Positions 1 to 9,103 of a stretch of DNA of 36,252 bases are shown in pieces. Both the position numbers and the translations under genes were made by a program. This DNA comes from a virus (Duplodnaviria > Caudoviricetes), in the IMG/VR virus record IMGVR_UViG_3300016656_000168, positions 1 through 36,252 of that record; one strand, given 5' to 3'. Position 1 is the stretch's first letter. The number at the start of each line of letters is the position of its first letter. The notes beneath the pieces are model-generated. The model had not been told where the DNA came from. It searched no databases and saw nothing but the letters and a program-made list of their open reading frames with translations.

Positions 1-10
1 TGCGTAGCTT
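1..10 (+). repeat. Terminal direct repeat TGCGTAGCTT, left copy (possible cos or assembly overlap)
   Basis: Identical to 36243-36252 and just upstream of the terminase genes. Confidence 0.85.
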
Positions 11-85
11 GTCCGACCGCGCGCGCGCTCCCACGCCGAAAATCTGCGCTGCCATGGCACGTAGCAGGTTCTCGCACGGTGCCTG

Positions 86-403
86 ATGGCACGCGCCGCC
101 CCCACCCAAGCCATTCTGGACGTCGAGTACCTCGAGGGTCTGCTCGAGGACGCGGAGGAGACCTTCAAGTCGGCCGAGGGCGTCGCGCGGGTGCAGGCCC
201 TGCGTCTGGTGCGCGACCTTAAGGCCGAGCTGGACGGAGCACGGGCCGTTGAAGCGGCCCGGGCGGTGAACGAGCAGCTCACCGTTGACGGTTTCCGTGT
301 TCAGTTCGCCGCCCGGTGTCGGGACCTGGCCACCCCCGACCTCGAGCTTGCGGTGTCGGAGTACCTCCTGCGCCACCCCGGCATGAAGCTGGTGGTGGAG
401 TGA
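86..403 (+). CDS. Putative terminase small subunit
   Basis: 105-aa helical protein immediately upstream of terL with a GTGA overlap. Positional call only. Confidence 0.5.
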   Translation: MARAAPTQAILDVEYLEGLLEDAEETFKSAEGVARVQALRLVRDLKAELDGARAVEAARAVNEQLTVDGFRVQFAARCRDLATPDLELAVSEYLLRHPGMKLVVE

Positions 404-1851
404 AGCGGGTCCGCACCCACGCGACCGCGGGGGAGGCGGAGGCGGTGCGCCTCGCCGGCCTCGGGGTTGAGCGGCAGCAGCTCGCGCTCCTCGAGCACCC
501 GCGGCTCACCCTCCCCCAGCGCGCCTTCTGCTCGCACACGTCGAAGTCGCTCCTCTGGCTGGGCGGCAACTCCATCGGCAAGAGCTACGCCCACGCCTGG
601 GACATCGTCCACTTCCTCCGGGGGACCCACCCGTGGCGCGAGACGCCGCGCCCGCCCGTGGAGATCCTGGTGGCCGGGTACAGCTACGCCCAGATGGACC
701 CGCTGCTGGCGAAGCTGTGGGCCCTCGGACCCCGCTCGGAGCTGGACCCGAAGCTGTACTACCGGCAGGGACAGGGGATCCGCGGGTACAAGGAGCCGGT
801 GCTCCGGCTCGTCCGCGGTCCCGGCGCCGGCTCGGTCGCCTACCTGGTCACGTACAAACAGGGGGCCCAGCGCATCATGGGCTTCCAGGGCCACCGCATC
901 AGCCTGGACGAGCCGCCGCCCCAGGAGGTGTACCGCGAGGCGCTGCCCCGCCTGAACCGCCACCGCGGCGAGCTCCGGGTGTCGATGACCCCGACGTTGG
1001 AGTCCCCGCCACTCGACTACATCGAGGAGGAGCTCAAGGCCGGGAAGCTGGACCTGCTCCAGACGAGCTACAACCGGGCCAACATCACGGTGCAGGGCGG
1101 CCTGGTGCCGTGGGCCTGGAAGACCGACGAGGAGATCGAGAAGGACCTCGGCAAGTACGACGCCGAGGAGCGCCCGATGCGCGAGCACGGCCACCTCCGG
1201 CCGGCGCTCATGGGGCGTGCCCTGGAGAAGGTGACCTCGGCGCACTTCACGGACGAGCCCCTCCCGGACGGGGACTGGCTCCTCGCGGTGGGCATCGACC
1301 ACGGCACCCGGCCCGGACGCCAGTGCGCGGTGCTCGTGGCTCTGGAGATCAACACCGGCGCCCTCTGGCTCCTGGACGAGACGCCCGACACCGGCCAGGC
1401 CACCACCACCGAGGACGACGCCAAGCACATCCTGGCGATGCTGGACCGGTGCGACGTCAAGTGGGAGGAGGTCGACTTCTGGGTGGGCGACCGCGCGACG
1501 TCGGACAGCTTCTGGGGGGACGCGAAGTCGAACATCGACCTCCACGCCGAGCTGGCGTCCCTGCTCGGGCTCACCCAGCGCGAGCTCGGCGCGCGTGGCC
1601 TCCGCATCCAGACGGCGCGGAAGAACAAGGGCAGCCCGCGGCGCGGCGTGGCGGCGCTGAACAACCTGGCGGGCAAGGACCTTTTCCGAGCGCGAAAGCG
1701 CTGCGTGCGGTTCGACGCGGCGCGGCGCGAGTGGAAAGGGGAGAAGGCGTCGCACCACAAGGACGTCGTCGACCCGATCCGCTACGCCCACCTCCGGCTC
1801 CTGGACGCCTCGAGGTCCTCGGCGAAGTCCTCGTCCGGCCGCATGGAGTGA
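400..1851 (+). CDS. terL: Terminase large subunit
   Basis: Walker A-like GGNSIGKS, Walker B ISLDEPP, coupling motif SMTP, nuclease motifs VGIDHG and KDVVDPIRYA. GTG at 400 overlaps the upstream TGA. Confidence 0.93.
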   Translation: MKRVRTHATAGEAEAVRLAGLGVERQQLALLEHPRLTLPQRAFCSHTSKSLLWLGGNSIGKSYAHAWDIVHFLRGTHPWRETPRPPVEILVAGYSYAQMDPLLAKLWALGPRSELDPKLYYRQGQGIRGYKEPVLRLVRGPGAGSVAYLVTYKQGAQRIMGFQGHRISLDEPPPQEVYREALPRLNRHRGELRVSMTPTLESPPLDYIEEELKAGKLDLLQTSYNRANITVQGGLVPWAWKTDEEIEKDLGKYDAEERPMREHGHLRPALMGRALEKVTSAHFTDEPLPDGDWLLAVGIDHGTRPGRQCAVLVALEINTGALWLLDETPDTGQATTTEDDAKHILAMLDRCDVKWEEVDFWVGDRATSDSFWGDAKSNIDLHAELASLLGLTQRELGARGLRIQTARKNKGSPRRGVAALNNLAGKDLFRARKRCVRFDAARREWKGEKASHHKDVVDPIRYAHLRLLDASRSSAKSSSGRME

Positions 1852-1894
1852 GACCCCCAATTGGGGGTCCCAGCCCCGAGACCCCCAATTGGGG
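1850..1894. promoter_or_regulatory. Tandem palindromic site, GAGACCCCCAATTGGGG x2
   Basis: 17-bp direct repeat at 1850-1866 and 1878-1894. The first copy is part of the perfect palindrome GACCCCCAATTGGGGGTC (1852-1869). Lies between terL and portal. Confidence 0.6.
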
Positions 1895-1932
1895 TATTTC
1901 CGGACTCCGCGCACTGCCCTACGGTCCGGGCC

Positions 1933-3462
1933 GTGAGCGACGCCACCGTCCACCGCTACGACTGCCCGCCGTTCCCGGCCGACCTGGGCGACGCCGCGCG
2001 GTGGGAGCACGGGCGCCTGCGTCGGCGGCTGCTCGCTGGCCAGTGGGGGCCGGACCTGGAGCTGCGCCTCCGGCAGCACTTCGGCCTGGTCCGGCGCATC
2101 ATCCTGGGCGCGAAGAGCCTGGCGAAGAACCGCTTCCGCAAGCTGTGCCTTGAGCTGGCCTGCAACTACCACCGGGCGCCGCTGGCCCGCTGGACCGGCG
2201 GCTCCCTCGACGCCATGTTCGGGCGCGCGGGCCTGGTCTCCCGCGTGGGGCTGTGGCCGATGATGCGGCGCGTCCAGACCGAGCTCATCGGGCTGCGGGA
2301 GATGTACCTCCGCCCGAGCTGGTCGCCCGAGTTGGACCTGCCGGTGGTGCGGAAGGTCACCCCCGACGTGGTGACGGCCCGGGCCTACGCCTCGGCGCCG
2401 AACACGCCGGTGGAGATCCGGGAGCTCCGCTGGCGCGACCTTGACGGGTGGAGCGGCTGGACCTGGGACTGGCTCTCGATCGCCGACGTCGACCACCCCT
2501 TCTACCGGGTCGTCGAAGCGAAGGCCGATGGGAAGGACGGGGCCGACCTCACCGAGAAGGCGCTCACCCGCAAGCTGAGCGACGGCGACTACCCCTACCG
2601 CTGGACCGAGGGCGCCCGCGCTGGCCGCCCCTTCCTCCCGTACATCGCCTACCACGCGATGCGAAAGGAGGCGCTGTTCGACCCCTACGAGGGGATCGAG
2701 GTGGTGGAGGGCTCGCTCGACGTCGCCGCGGCCTACACCTTCCTGCAGCACGTGATCTTCAGGGCCTCGTGGCCCCAGCGCTACGGGATCGGCGTCTACG
2801 TCCCGGGCGCCACGCCGAAGCAGACCGCCGCCGGCCCCCGGTCGGAGATGCCCACCGACGTCACCTCCTTCCTCCACTTCGACGTGGACCCGAACGTGCA
2901 GAACCCGCTGGTGGGGCAGTTCGCCGCCGGGTGTGACCCGGAGATGCTGGCGCGGGTCGTGGGGATGCTCGAGCGGACCGTGTCCGACTTCGACGGCCTC
3001 GACCTCTCGCACATCGCCGTGCGCGACACCGCCAACCCGGCCAGCGCCGAGGCGCTCTCCATCACCCGCGAGGGGAAGCGCGAGGCGCAGAACCGGTACC
3101 GCGAGGAGCTGAACCCCTCCGACGTCGAGACGCTGGAGAAGCTCGCGGCCGTCTGCAACATCGAGGGGTGGGACGTCGCCCTGCCCGAGAGCGGCTTCCT
3201 GGTGGACTACCAGGCCATCCCGCTCTCCCCCGAGGAGGCGGACGGCAAGCGCCGGCACAACGCCGAGCTCATCGCCCAGGGCCGCCTCTCCATCGTGGAC
3301 GCCTACCAGTCCGAGCACCCGGGCACGACCCGGGACGAGGCGATGGCGGAGCTGAACCGCATCGCCGAGGACAACCGGCGCTTCAACGTGCAGCCGGGCA
3401 CCGCGCCCACGGCGTCGCACGTCAACCCCAACCCGGGCGCCGGTGCGCCCGCGGGAGCCTGA
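1933..3462 (+). CDS. Portal protein
   Basis: About 510 aa directly after terL, with a portal-like C-terminus (SAEALSI...LSIVDAYQSEHPGTTRDEAMAELNRIAED). Start uncertain: GTG 1933 chosen, ORF open from 1861. Confidence 0.82.
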   Translation: MSDATVHRYDCPPFPADLGDAARWEHGRLRRRLLAGQWGPDLELRLRQHFGLVRRIILGAKSLAKNRFRKLCLELACNYHRAPLARWTGGSLDAMFGRAGLVSRVGLWPMMRRVQTELIGLREMYLRPSWSPELDLPVVRKVTPDVVTARAYASAPNTPVEIRELRWRDLDGWSGWTWDWLSIADVDHPFYRVVEAKADGKDGADLTEKALTRKLSDGDYPYRWTEGARAGRPFLPYIAYHAMRKEALFDPYEGIEVVEGSLDVAAAYTFLQHVIFRASWPQRYGIGVYVPGATPKQTAAGPRSEMPTDVTSFLHFDVDPNVQNPLVGQFAAGCDPEMLARVVGMLERTVSDFDGLDLSHIAVRDTANPASAEALSITREGKREAQNRYREELNPSDVETLEKLAAVCNIEGWDVALPESGFLVDYQAIPLSPEEADGKRRHNAELIAQGRLSIVDAYQSEHPGTTRDEAMAELNRIAEDNRRFNVQPGTAPTASHVNPNPGAGAPAGA

Positions 3463-3464
3463 CC

Positions 3465-4082
3465 ATGGCCGAGATCGACGACAAGGAGCTCGCCGAGCTC
3501 CGCAAGCAGGCGAACAACGCCGCGAAGAACGCTGCGATGGTGGAGGCCCTCCAGGCCAAGCTCGCCACGGCCGAGACCGCCGCGGCCCGCGTCGCCGAGC
3601 TCGAGGCCGAGGTGACCACCTTCAAGGCGGCCCAGGTGGAGGCGACCTTCACCGGCGCCGGCATCAGCGACGCGAAGATCCGCCGCGTCTTCCAGCTCGA
3701 GTTCGACGAGCAGGCGGCGGGCGAGGGCGGGCAGAAGGACCTCGGCGCCTGGCTCAAGGGCCTGGTGGAGGCCCCGGCCGACAAGCGCCCCGCCCACCTG
3801 GCCCCGTTCCTCCCCGCCCCCGGCAAGGCCGCCGGCGGGGCCGGTGGCAACGGTGCCGGGACCGGCGCGGGGCAGCGCCGCGGCGTCCTCGGCGACGAGA
3901 ACAAGAACACCCGCGGGGTCGAGGACCCGGCGCCCGAGTTCACCCCCGAGAAGATCGCGAGCATGACGCCCCAGGAGTTCGCCGCGGCGCTCCCCCGCCT
4001 CGCCCAGGCCGAGCCCGCGCTCGCGGGCTTCCAGCTCCCCCCGAGCCTCCGCCCCCCCGCCGGCGCCACCGCCGGGTCCTGA
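3465..4082 (+). CDS. Capsid scaffolding protein
   Basis: Coiled-coil N-terminus, Gly-rich linker and C-terminal FTPEKIASMTPQEF motif; sits between portal and capsid; GGAG upstream of ATG. Confidence 0.75.
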   Translation: MAEIDDKELAELRKQANNAAKNAAMVEALQAKLATAETAAARVAELEAEVTTFKAAQVEATFTGAGISDAKIRRVFQLEFDEQAAGEGGQKDLGAWLKGLVEAPADKRPAHLAPFLPAPGKAAGGAGGNGAGTGAGQRRGVLGDENKNTRGVEDPAPEFTPEKIASMTPQEFAAALPRLAQAEPALAGFQLPPSLRPPAGATAGS

Positions 4083-4113
4083 CCCACCCCTCTGACTCTC
4101 TGGAGACACGACC

Positions 4114-5037
4114 ATGATCAAGACCGGATCCGGCGGCGGCGAGAACAGCCTCGTCTCCGCGGCCGCCATCAAGTTCCTGCAGCTCTACCTCGCCGACCGC
4201 GCGTCCCTGCGCGGCCACCCGGCGCTGGTGTACCTGAACCAGTTCGGCGCCGGCAAGGTGGGCCTGGGCTCCGGCACCGCCCAGTACACCATCTGGGGCC
4301 TCGACGGGTACGACGCGATGCAGTCGACCTCCGAAGGCGCGACCCCGTCCGAGGACGCGCTCACCAACGCGCTGAAGACCGCGACCTGGGCCCGCAAGAC
4401 CCTGCGCCGCGACCTCTCGGACGAGATCCGGTCCCTCGACCAGACCGGCGTGCTCAACCCCATGCGCCTGGCGCAGGACGGCTTCGGCGCCGCGATGGTG
4501 ACCCTCACCAACGTCATCGCCGCGCTCATGTCCGGCTTCAGCGTCCAGAAGGGCTCCTCCGGCGTGGTCTTCAGCCACGACCTGTGGATGCTCGGCAAGG
4601 GCGCGCTCATCGAGGCCGAGGTGCCCGGGCCGTACCTGGCCCTGCTCCACCCCAACCACTTCGCGGACTGGATGACCGACCTCGAGAGCCGCGGGGGCCT
4701 CACCCAGTGGCGCCCGGCGGCCGCGGAGATGCAGGTCCTCAAGGGTCCCGGCTTCCAGGGCACCTACGACGGCGTGGACATCATCACCACCAACCGCGTC
4801 CCGACCTCCGGCAGCGACAAGGTGTCCGGCATCTTCGGCCGCGGGGCCATCGGGTACGTCGAGCAGGAGGTGGTCTTCGGCGAGGAGGCCATCATCCTGG
4901 TGAAGGAGGGCCCGATCGCCGTGGAGCTCTCCCGCGCCGCCGCCGGCGCCGGCTACAGCTCGGTGGTCACCAACTACCGGGTGGGCGCCGCCGAGATCGA
5001 GGACGCCCGCGGCGTCGGCCTCCTGGCGCTGCCGTAG
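4114..5037 (+). CDS. Major capsid protein (HK97 fold)
   Basis: 307 aa after the scaffold, with capsid-like motifs YLALLHPNHFADW and GTYDGVDIITTNRVP, strong codon bias and a GGAG RBS. Confidence 0.85.
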   Translation: MIKTGSGGGENSLVSAAAIKFLQLYLADRASLRGHPALVYLNQFGAGKVGLGSGTAQYTIWGLDGYDAMQSTSEGATPSEDALTNALKTATWARKTLRRDLSDEIRSLDQTGVLNPMRLAQDGFGAAMVTLTNVIAALMSGFSVQKGSSGVVFSHDLWMLGKGALIEAEVPGPYLALLHPNHFADWMTDLESRGGLTQWRPAAAEMQVLKGPGFQGTYDGVDIITTNRVPTSGSDKVSGIFGRGAIGYVEQEVVFGEEAIILVKEGPIAVELSRAAAGAGYSSVVTNYRVGAAEIEDARGVGLLALP

Positions 5038-5044
5038 GCCCCCC

Positions 5045-5827
5045 ATGAAGACGATGCGCAACGCCGCCGCCGGCCTCGAGGAGGGCACCGTCCTCCAGGG
5101 CCGGCGGCCCGCCGCCCCCCCGACGCCCAAGCCCGTCCTCAAGATGGACGCGCAGCACAACTTCGTCTTCCTGTACCACCCCGACGCCTGGGACGTCATC
5201 GTGCCCGAGGAGGGCTCGCCGCGCCTCGTGCCGCGGCTCCGCCGGTTCCACTTCGAGCCTGGGGTGGCCTGCGTCGAGGCGGTGAAGGGCGCGGCGGACG
5301 GGGACCCCACCCGCGCGCTGCACGAGGCGGCGAAGAAGGGCTGGCAGCAGGTGCCGCGTGACCGCGAGGTCACCGCCCACGGCAGCCAGTACGACGACTA
5401 CGCCCACCAGTTCGACGGCCACAAGGGGCCCGTGACCCTCTCGGTCTGGGAGCGCCCCTACGTCCGCGGCGGGAACGTGGTCATCGACTTCGACCAGGAG
5501 GGCTGGCACGCCTTCCTGATCGGCCTGGTGGACGACGGCGTGGTGCCCCTGCCCGACCGCGCGGTCCGCCGCGCCGTCGAGCTCGAGATGAAGACCGCGA
5601 TGCGGCGGCACCAGACGTCGGCGGAGAAGTCCGCCGGCGCCTCGGCCATCGCCGAGATGTACGAGACGAAGGTCAAGGCCTTCGAGGTCCACGAGGGCGG
5701 CCGCAGCCGCCCGGCCCCCGGCCGCGGGGCCCCGGGCCGCCCGCCCGCCGCTCCCCCCAAGGCCACCGACGCCACCCGCGGCGACGACCCCACCCCGCGC
5801 CGCAAGGCGGAAGGAGATCCCCAGTGA
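5045..5827 (+). CDS. Hypothetical head-region protein
   Basis: 260-aa ORF with strong GC3 bias, in the structural operon. Confidence 0.7.
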   Translation: MKTMRNAAAGLEEGTVLQGRRPAAPPTPKPVLKMDAQHNFVFLYHPDAWDVIVPEEGSPRLVPRLRRFHFEPGVACVEAVKGAADGDPTRALHEAAKKGWQQVPRDREVTAHGSQYDDYAHQFDGHKGPVTLSVWERPYVRGGNVVIDFDQEGWHAFLIGLVDDGVVPLPDRAVRRAVELEMKTAMRRHQTSAEKSAGASAIAEMYETKVKAFEVHEGGRSRPAPGRGAPGRPPAAPPKATDATRGDDPTPRRKAEGDPQ

Positions 5828-6054
5828 AGGACGACGAGATCCAGCTCCAGCGCACCGCGCTGGTCAAGCGCCGCAAGGCGACCCTCGAGGGCGCCCGCGC
5901 GGCGCACCGCGAGGCCGGCAGCCTCCTCGCGGCCGCCGAGCACGCCGACGTGAAGCTCCTCAAGCTCGTGCTGGAGAAGGCGGTGAAGTCCGTCCATCTC
6001 CTCGACGAGCTCGTGGAGGAGGACCCCACCGTCACCGTCACCGAGGAGGAGTAG
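5824..6054 (+). CDS. Hypothetical coiled-coil protein
   Basis: 76 aa, GTGA-coupled to the upstream gene, GGAG RBS. Confidence 0.7.
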   Translation: MKDDEIQLQRTALVKRRKATLEGARAAHREAGSLLAAAEHADVKLLKLVLEKAVKSVHLLDELVEEDPTVTVTEEE

Positions 6055-6057
6055 CCC

Positions 6058-6708
6058 ATGGGCACCGCCGCCTCGCGCTTCCTCACCAAGGTCAGCCGCG
6101 CGCTGGTGGGGTTCGGCCTCATCGTGCGGACGTCCACCACCTCCGTCCTCTCGTCGGACCCCACGATCACCGCCGGCTCCGCGGCGCCGAGCGAGAGCGA
6201 GCCCAACGGCTCGCTCTACCTCCGCACAAACGGCCGCTCCTACACGCGGGTGGGGAGCGCCTGGCGCGACGACAAGATCCAGCGCACGCTCGTCACCATC
6301 ACCGCGGCCCAGCTCCGCGCGCTCCGGGCCACGCCCGTCACCCTGCTCGCGGCGCCCGGCTCCGGGAAGTTCATCGAGCACGTGTCGTCGCACTGGTGGA
6401 TGGACTACGGCACGGTGGCCCACTCGGCGCCGTCCAACGCCGGCGACGACATCGGCCTCCGCTACACCGACGGGTCGGGGGCGGTGGTGGCGACGCTCGA
6501 GGCGAACGGCTTCATCGACGGCTCCTCCGACCAGCACCGCATGGTGACGGGCGGCGCGGCCACCCCGACCTCGGCGCAGAGCCTGGCGCCGGTGTCGAAC
6601 GCCGCCCTCGTCGCCCACAACGTGGGCGCCGCGGAGTTCAGCGGCACCGGTGACGGCGTGCTGAAGGTCGAGCTGTTCTTCCGCATCCGCGACCTGGAGC
6701 CCGCGTAG
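6058..6708 (+). CDS. Virion structural protein (possible head decoration or fibre)
   Basis: 216 aa, Ser/Thr/Gly beta-rich, with a GSLYLRTNG motif common in phage fibre and decoration proteins. Confidence 0.6.
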   Translation: MGTAASRFLTKVSRALVGFGLIVRTSTTSVLSSDPTITAGSAAPSESEPNGSLYLRTNGRSYTRVGSAWRDDKIQRTLVTITAAQLRALRATPVTLLAAPGSGKFIEHVSSHWWMDYGTVAHSAPSNAGDDIGLRYTDGSGAVVATLEANGFIDGSSDQHRMVTGGAATPTSAQSLAPVSNAALVAHNVGAAEFSGTGDGVLKVELFFRIRDLEPA

Positions 6709-6711
6709 GCC

Positions 6712-7461
6712 ATGGGCGCCGAGGAGACCCGGTACAGCGTCGCGTGGGCCGGCCCCGAGCTCCTGGAGCGGGGTCGGTCCAACGTGGTCCGCTGTCCGGT
6801 CTTCCGGTCCAACGCGGCGGTGGTCCCCACCGCCTACGCCCTCACCGTCTACGGGCCTGACGGCGCGGTCCTCGCCACGCCGTCGGTCTCCGTCGTGAGC
6901 AGCGCCGCCCAGGCCACGCTCTCGGCGGGGACCATGACGTCCTGGGAGTACGGCGAGGGGTACCGCCTCGAGTGGACCCTCACCCTCGACGGCGTGGCGG
7001 ACCACGTCTTCCGCCGCGAGTGCATCGTGGGGAAGTACAACTGGACCCTCACCGTCACCGTCGAGGACCTCTGGAGGGGCCGGCACTCCGACCTGCCGGA
7101 CCTCGTGGTCGGCGGCGCCGCCGGCCTGCAGGACTACCTGGACCAGGTGGTGCGGGAGTTCGTCCACGACCTCCGGCAGCAGGGGAGCCTGGCCCACCTC
7201 GTCGCGAGCGGCGAGGACTTCCGCTACGTCATCATCTACCGGACCCTCGCCGCCGTCTTCCAGGACTTCAAGCTCGTCCCGGACGGTGAGGCGAAGTGGG
7301 GCCCCGACGCGGCCCGCTACGAGAAGAAGGCCGCGGACGCCTGGGGCAAGCTCTCCTTCAAGTACGACTCCGACGAGGACGGGCAGGCGGAGACCACCCG
7401 CCGCCCCGCCGCCGGCGTCACGTTCCTCGCCAGCTCCGGCGACGGCTGGGAGTACCTGTAG
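6712..7461 (+). CDS. Putative head-tail connector or adaptor
   Basis: 249 aa; N-terminal Ig-like segment (YRLEWTLT) plus a helical adaptor-like C-terminus; position between head and tail genes. Confidence 0.55.
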   Translation: MGAEETRYSVAWAGPELLERGRSNVVRCPVFRSNAAVVPTAYALTVYGPDGAVLATPSVSVVSSAAQATLSAGTMTSWEYGEGYRLEWTLTLDGVADHVFRRECIVGKYNWTLTVTVEDLWRGRHSDLPDLVVGGAAGLQDYLDQVVREFVHDLRQQGSLAHLVASGEDFRYVIIYRTLAAVFQDFKLVPDGEAKWGPDAARYEKKAADAWGKLSFKYDSDEDGQAETTRRPAAGVTFLASSGDGWEYL

Positions 7462-7902
7462 ATGCCCGCCGTCACCGAGACCGAGGTGCGGCAGTACGTC
7501 GAGGCGCGGCTCGAGGCGCTCTCCGGCTGGACCGCATCCATCGCCCACCCGGCGTCGCTCGGAGCCGACCCGGCGCCCAACGCCCACCTCACCTTCGCGG
7601 TGGACGTCCCCACGTCCCGGGCGATGCGCCCGTCGACCGAGCGCCGGTCCGAGGGGACGACGCTGACCGAGACCAGCGTGGTGGTGCGCTTCCTCTCCCG
7701 GGTGAGCCCCAAGGCCCAGGTCACCTCCTACGAGGTCGGCCTGGCCGCCGAGCGCGCCGCCATCGCCGCGGCCATCTCCAAGCCGTCCCCGTTCGACTGC
7801 GCCGTGTTCTGGGTTGACACCCGGCGCGAGCGCCTCCCCGGCGGGGAGTGGACCCGCCACACCCTGACCTTCTCCGCCTACCACGCCTTGCCCATCGCGT
7901 AG
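7462..7902 (+). CDS. Putative tail terminator or completion protein
   Basis: 146 aa immediately before the tail tube gene; size and alpha/beta pattern fit. Confidence 0.55.
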   Translation: MPAVTETEVRQYVEARLEALSGWTASIAHPASLGADPAPNAHLTFAVDVPTSRAMRPSTERRSEGTTLTETSVVVRFLSRVSPKAQVTSYEVGLAAERAAIAAAISKPSPFDCAVFWVDTRRERLPGGEWTRHTLTFSAYHALPIA

Positions 7903-7911
7903 GAGTCCCCG

Positions 7912-8436
7912 ATGTCCCTCGCTCTCTGCCCGTTCGTCCCGAACGACGGGGTCTTCGTCATCTCCGACAACACCGGCACCCCGAAGACCTGGACCGTCCT
8001 CTACGAGAACGGCACCTTCAAGGCCGGCGACTTCTCCGAGGGCCAGCGCCAGCTCACCGCGTTCAAGGACAAGACCGGCGCGACCTACTCCATCCGGGCC
8101 ACCGGCTACATCGACGTCGAGTGGGAGTTCGAGGCGGACCTGGTGGGGTGGGCGGACGGCACGGACGCGTCGCTCGTCGACGTGATCGCCAAGCTCGGCA
8201 CCTGGTCCACCGCGGTGTCCATGCTCCCGACCGCCCGCGGCGGGTACGACGCCTACCTCCTGAAGTGCGTGTGGACCGTGGAGCGGTCGAACTACGCCGG
8301 CTCGGACGTCACCCTCACCCTGAAGTACAACGAGATCAAGTTCGGGATCGCCACCGGGGTCCCGGGCAAGATCCAGGTGAAGGGCACCGCCCGGATCATG
8401 AGCCACGACATCAGCGGCTCGGTGGCGTTCGCGTGA
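7912..8436 (+). CDS. Major tail (tube) protein
   Basis: 174-aa beta-rich protein before the chaperone and TMP genes; AGGAG RBS. Confidence 0.65.
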   Translation: MSLALCPFVPNDGVFVISDNTGTPKTWTVLYENGTFKAGDFSEGQRQLTAFKDKTGATYSIRATGYIDVEWEFEADLVGWADGTDASLVDVIAKLGTWSTAVSMLPTARGGYDAYLLKCVWTVERSNYAGSDVTLTLKYNEIKFGIATGVPGKIQVKGTARIMSHDISGSVAFA

Positions 8437-8900
8437 CCCGCGTCCCCCTCCTCGGCCGCGAGCACGCGGTGGTCCTCCCCGGCCAGATCGAGCGCATGGA
8501 GCTCGTGGTGGCCTGGGACCGCGCCCTCCGCCGGCGCGCGCCCGGCCTCGCCCTGTACCGGGCGGGCGCGGCGCTCGTCGGGCTGTGCACCCGCATCGGC
8601 CGCGCCGCGGGTGTCACCTACGGGGACAGCGGGTGCGACGCCCTGGTGTACGGCGGTGCCGTCTACAACTGGCTGGCGACCCCCCCGACCGAGGCAGAGC
8701 TCGAGGCCGACAAGGCGCGCGGGCAGCAGCCCCTCAAGGCCGCCTCGTTCGACCAGGCCGAGCTGCTCCGGGCGGCCGCGGCCATCTACGAGCAGATCGT
8801 TCCGACCCTGGTGCCCACGGACGCCGAGGTGAAGGCCAAGGCGGATTTCTCCGGGGCCGGAGGGGCGGGCTCGACCTCCTCGCCCTCCGGCTCTCCCTGA
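8433..8900 (+). CDS. Tail assembly chaperone (gpG-like)
   Basis: GTG overlaps the tube gene stop. Ends ...KAKADFSG, with slippery GGATTTC near the 3' end. Confidence 0.7.
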   Translation: MTRVPLLGREHAVVLPGQIERMELVVAWDRALRRRAPGLALYRAGAALVGLCTRIGRAAGVTYGDSGCDALVYGGAVYNWLATPPTEAELEADKARGQQPLKAASFDQAELLRAAAAIYEQIVPTLVPTDAEVKAKADFSGAGGAGSTSSPSGSP

Positions 8901-9103
8901 CCTGGGGTCACGGCGACCTGCGCTGGTTCGACAACCTCTCCCCCGACGACAAGGCCCTCGTGATGGCGTTCGACACCCTCCAGCGCGAAGGCCGCTCCGG
9001 GAAGGCCAACACGCCCCCGGGCGCCGCCGTCCGCCTGCCGGCCGCCTTCGAGGCTGCCCGGCGCCGGCGCGACGCGGAGCGTGCACGGGGGGGCGCCTCG
9101 TGA
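8843..9103 (+). CDS. Tail chaperone -1 frameshift extension (gpT-like)
   Basis: The -1 frame is open from GGATTTC (8843-8849) to the TGA at 9103 (LDLLALRLSLTWGHGDLRWFDNLSPDD...) and has no good independent start. Confidence 0.65.
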   Translation, partial: GFLRGRRGGLDLLALRLSLTWGHGDLRWFDNLSPDDKALVMAFDTLQREGRSGKANTPPGAAVRLPAAFEAARRRRDAERARGGAS

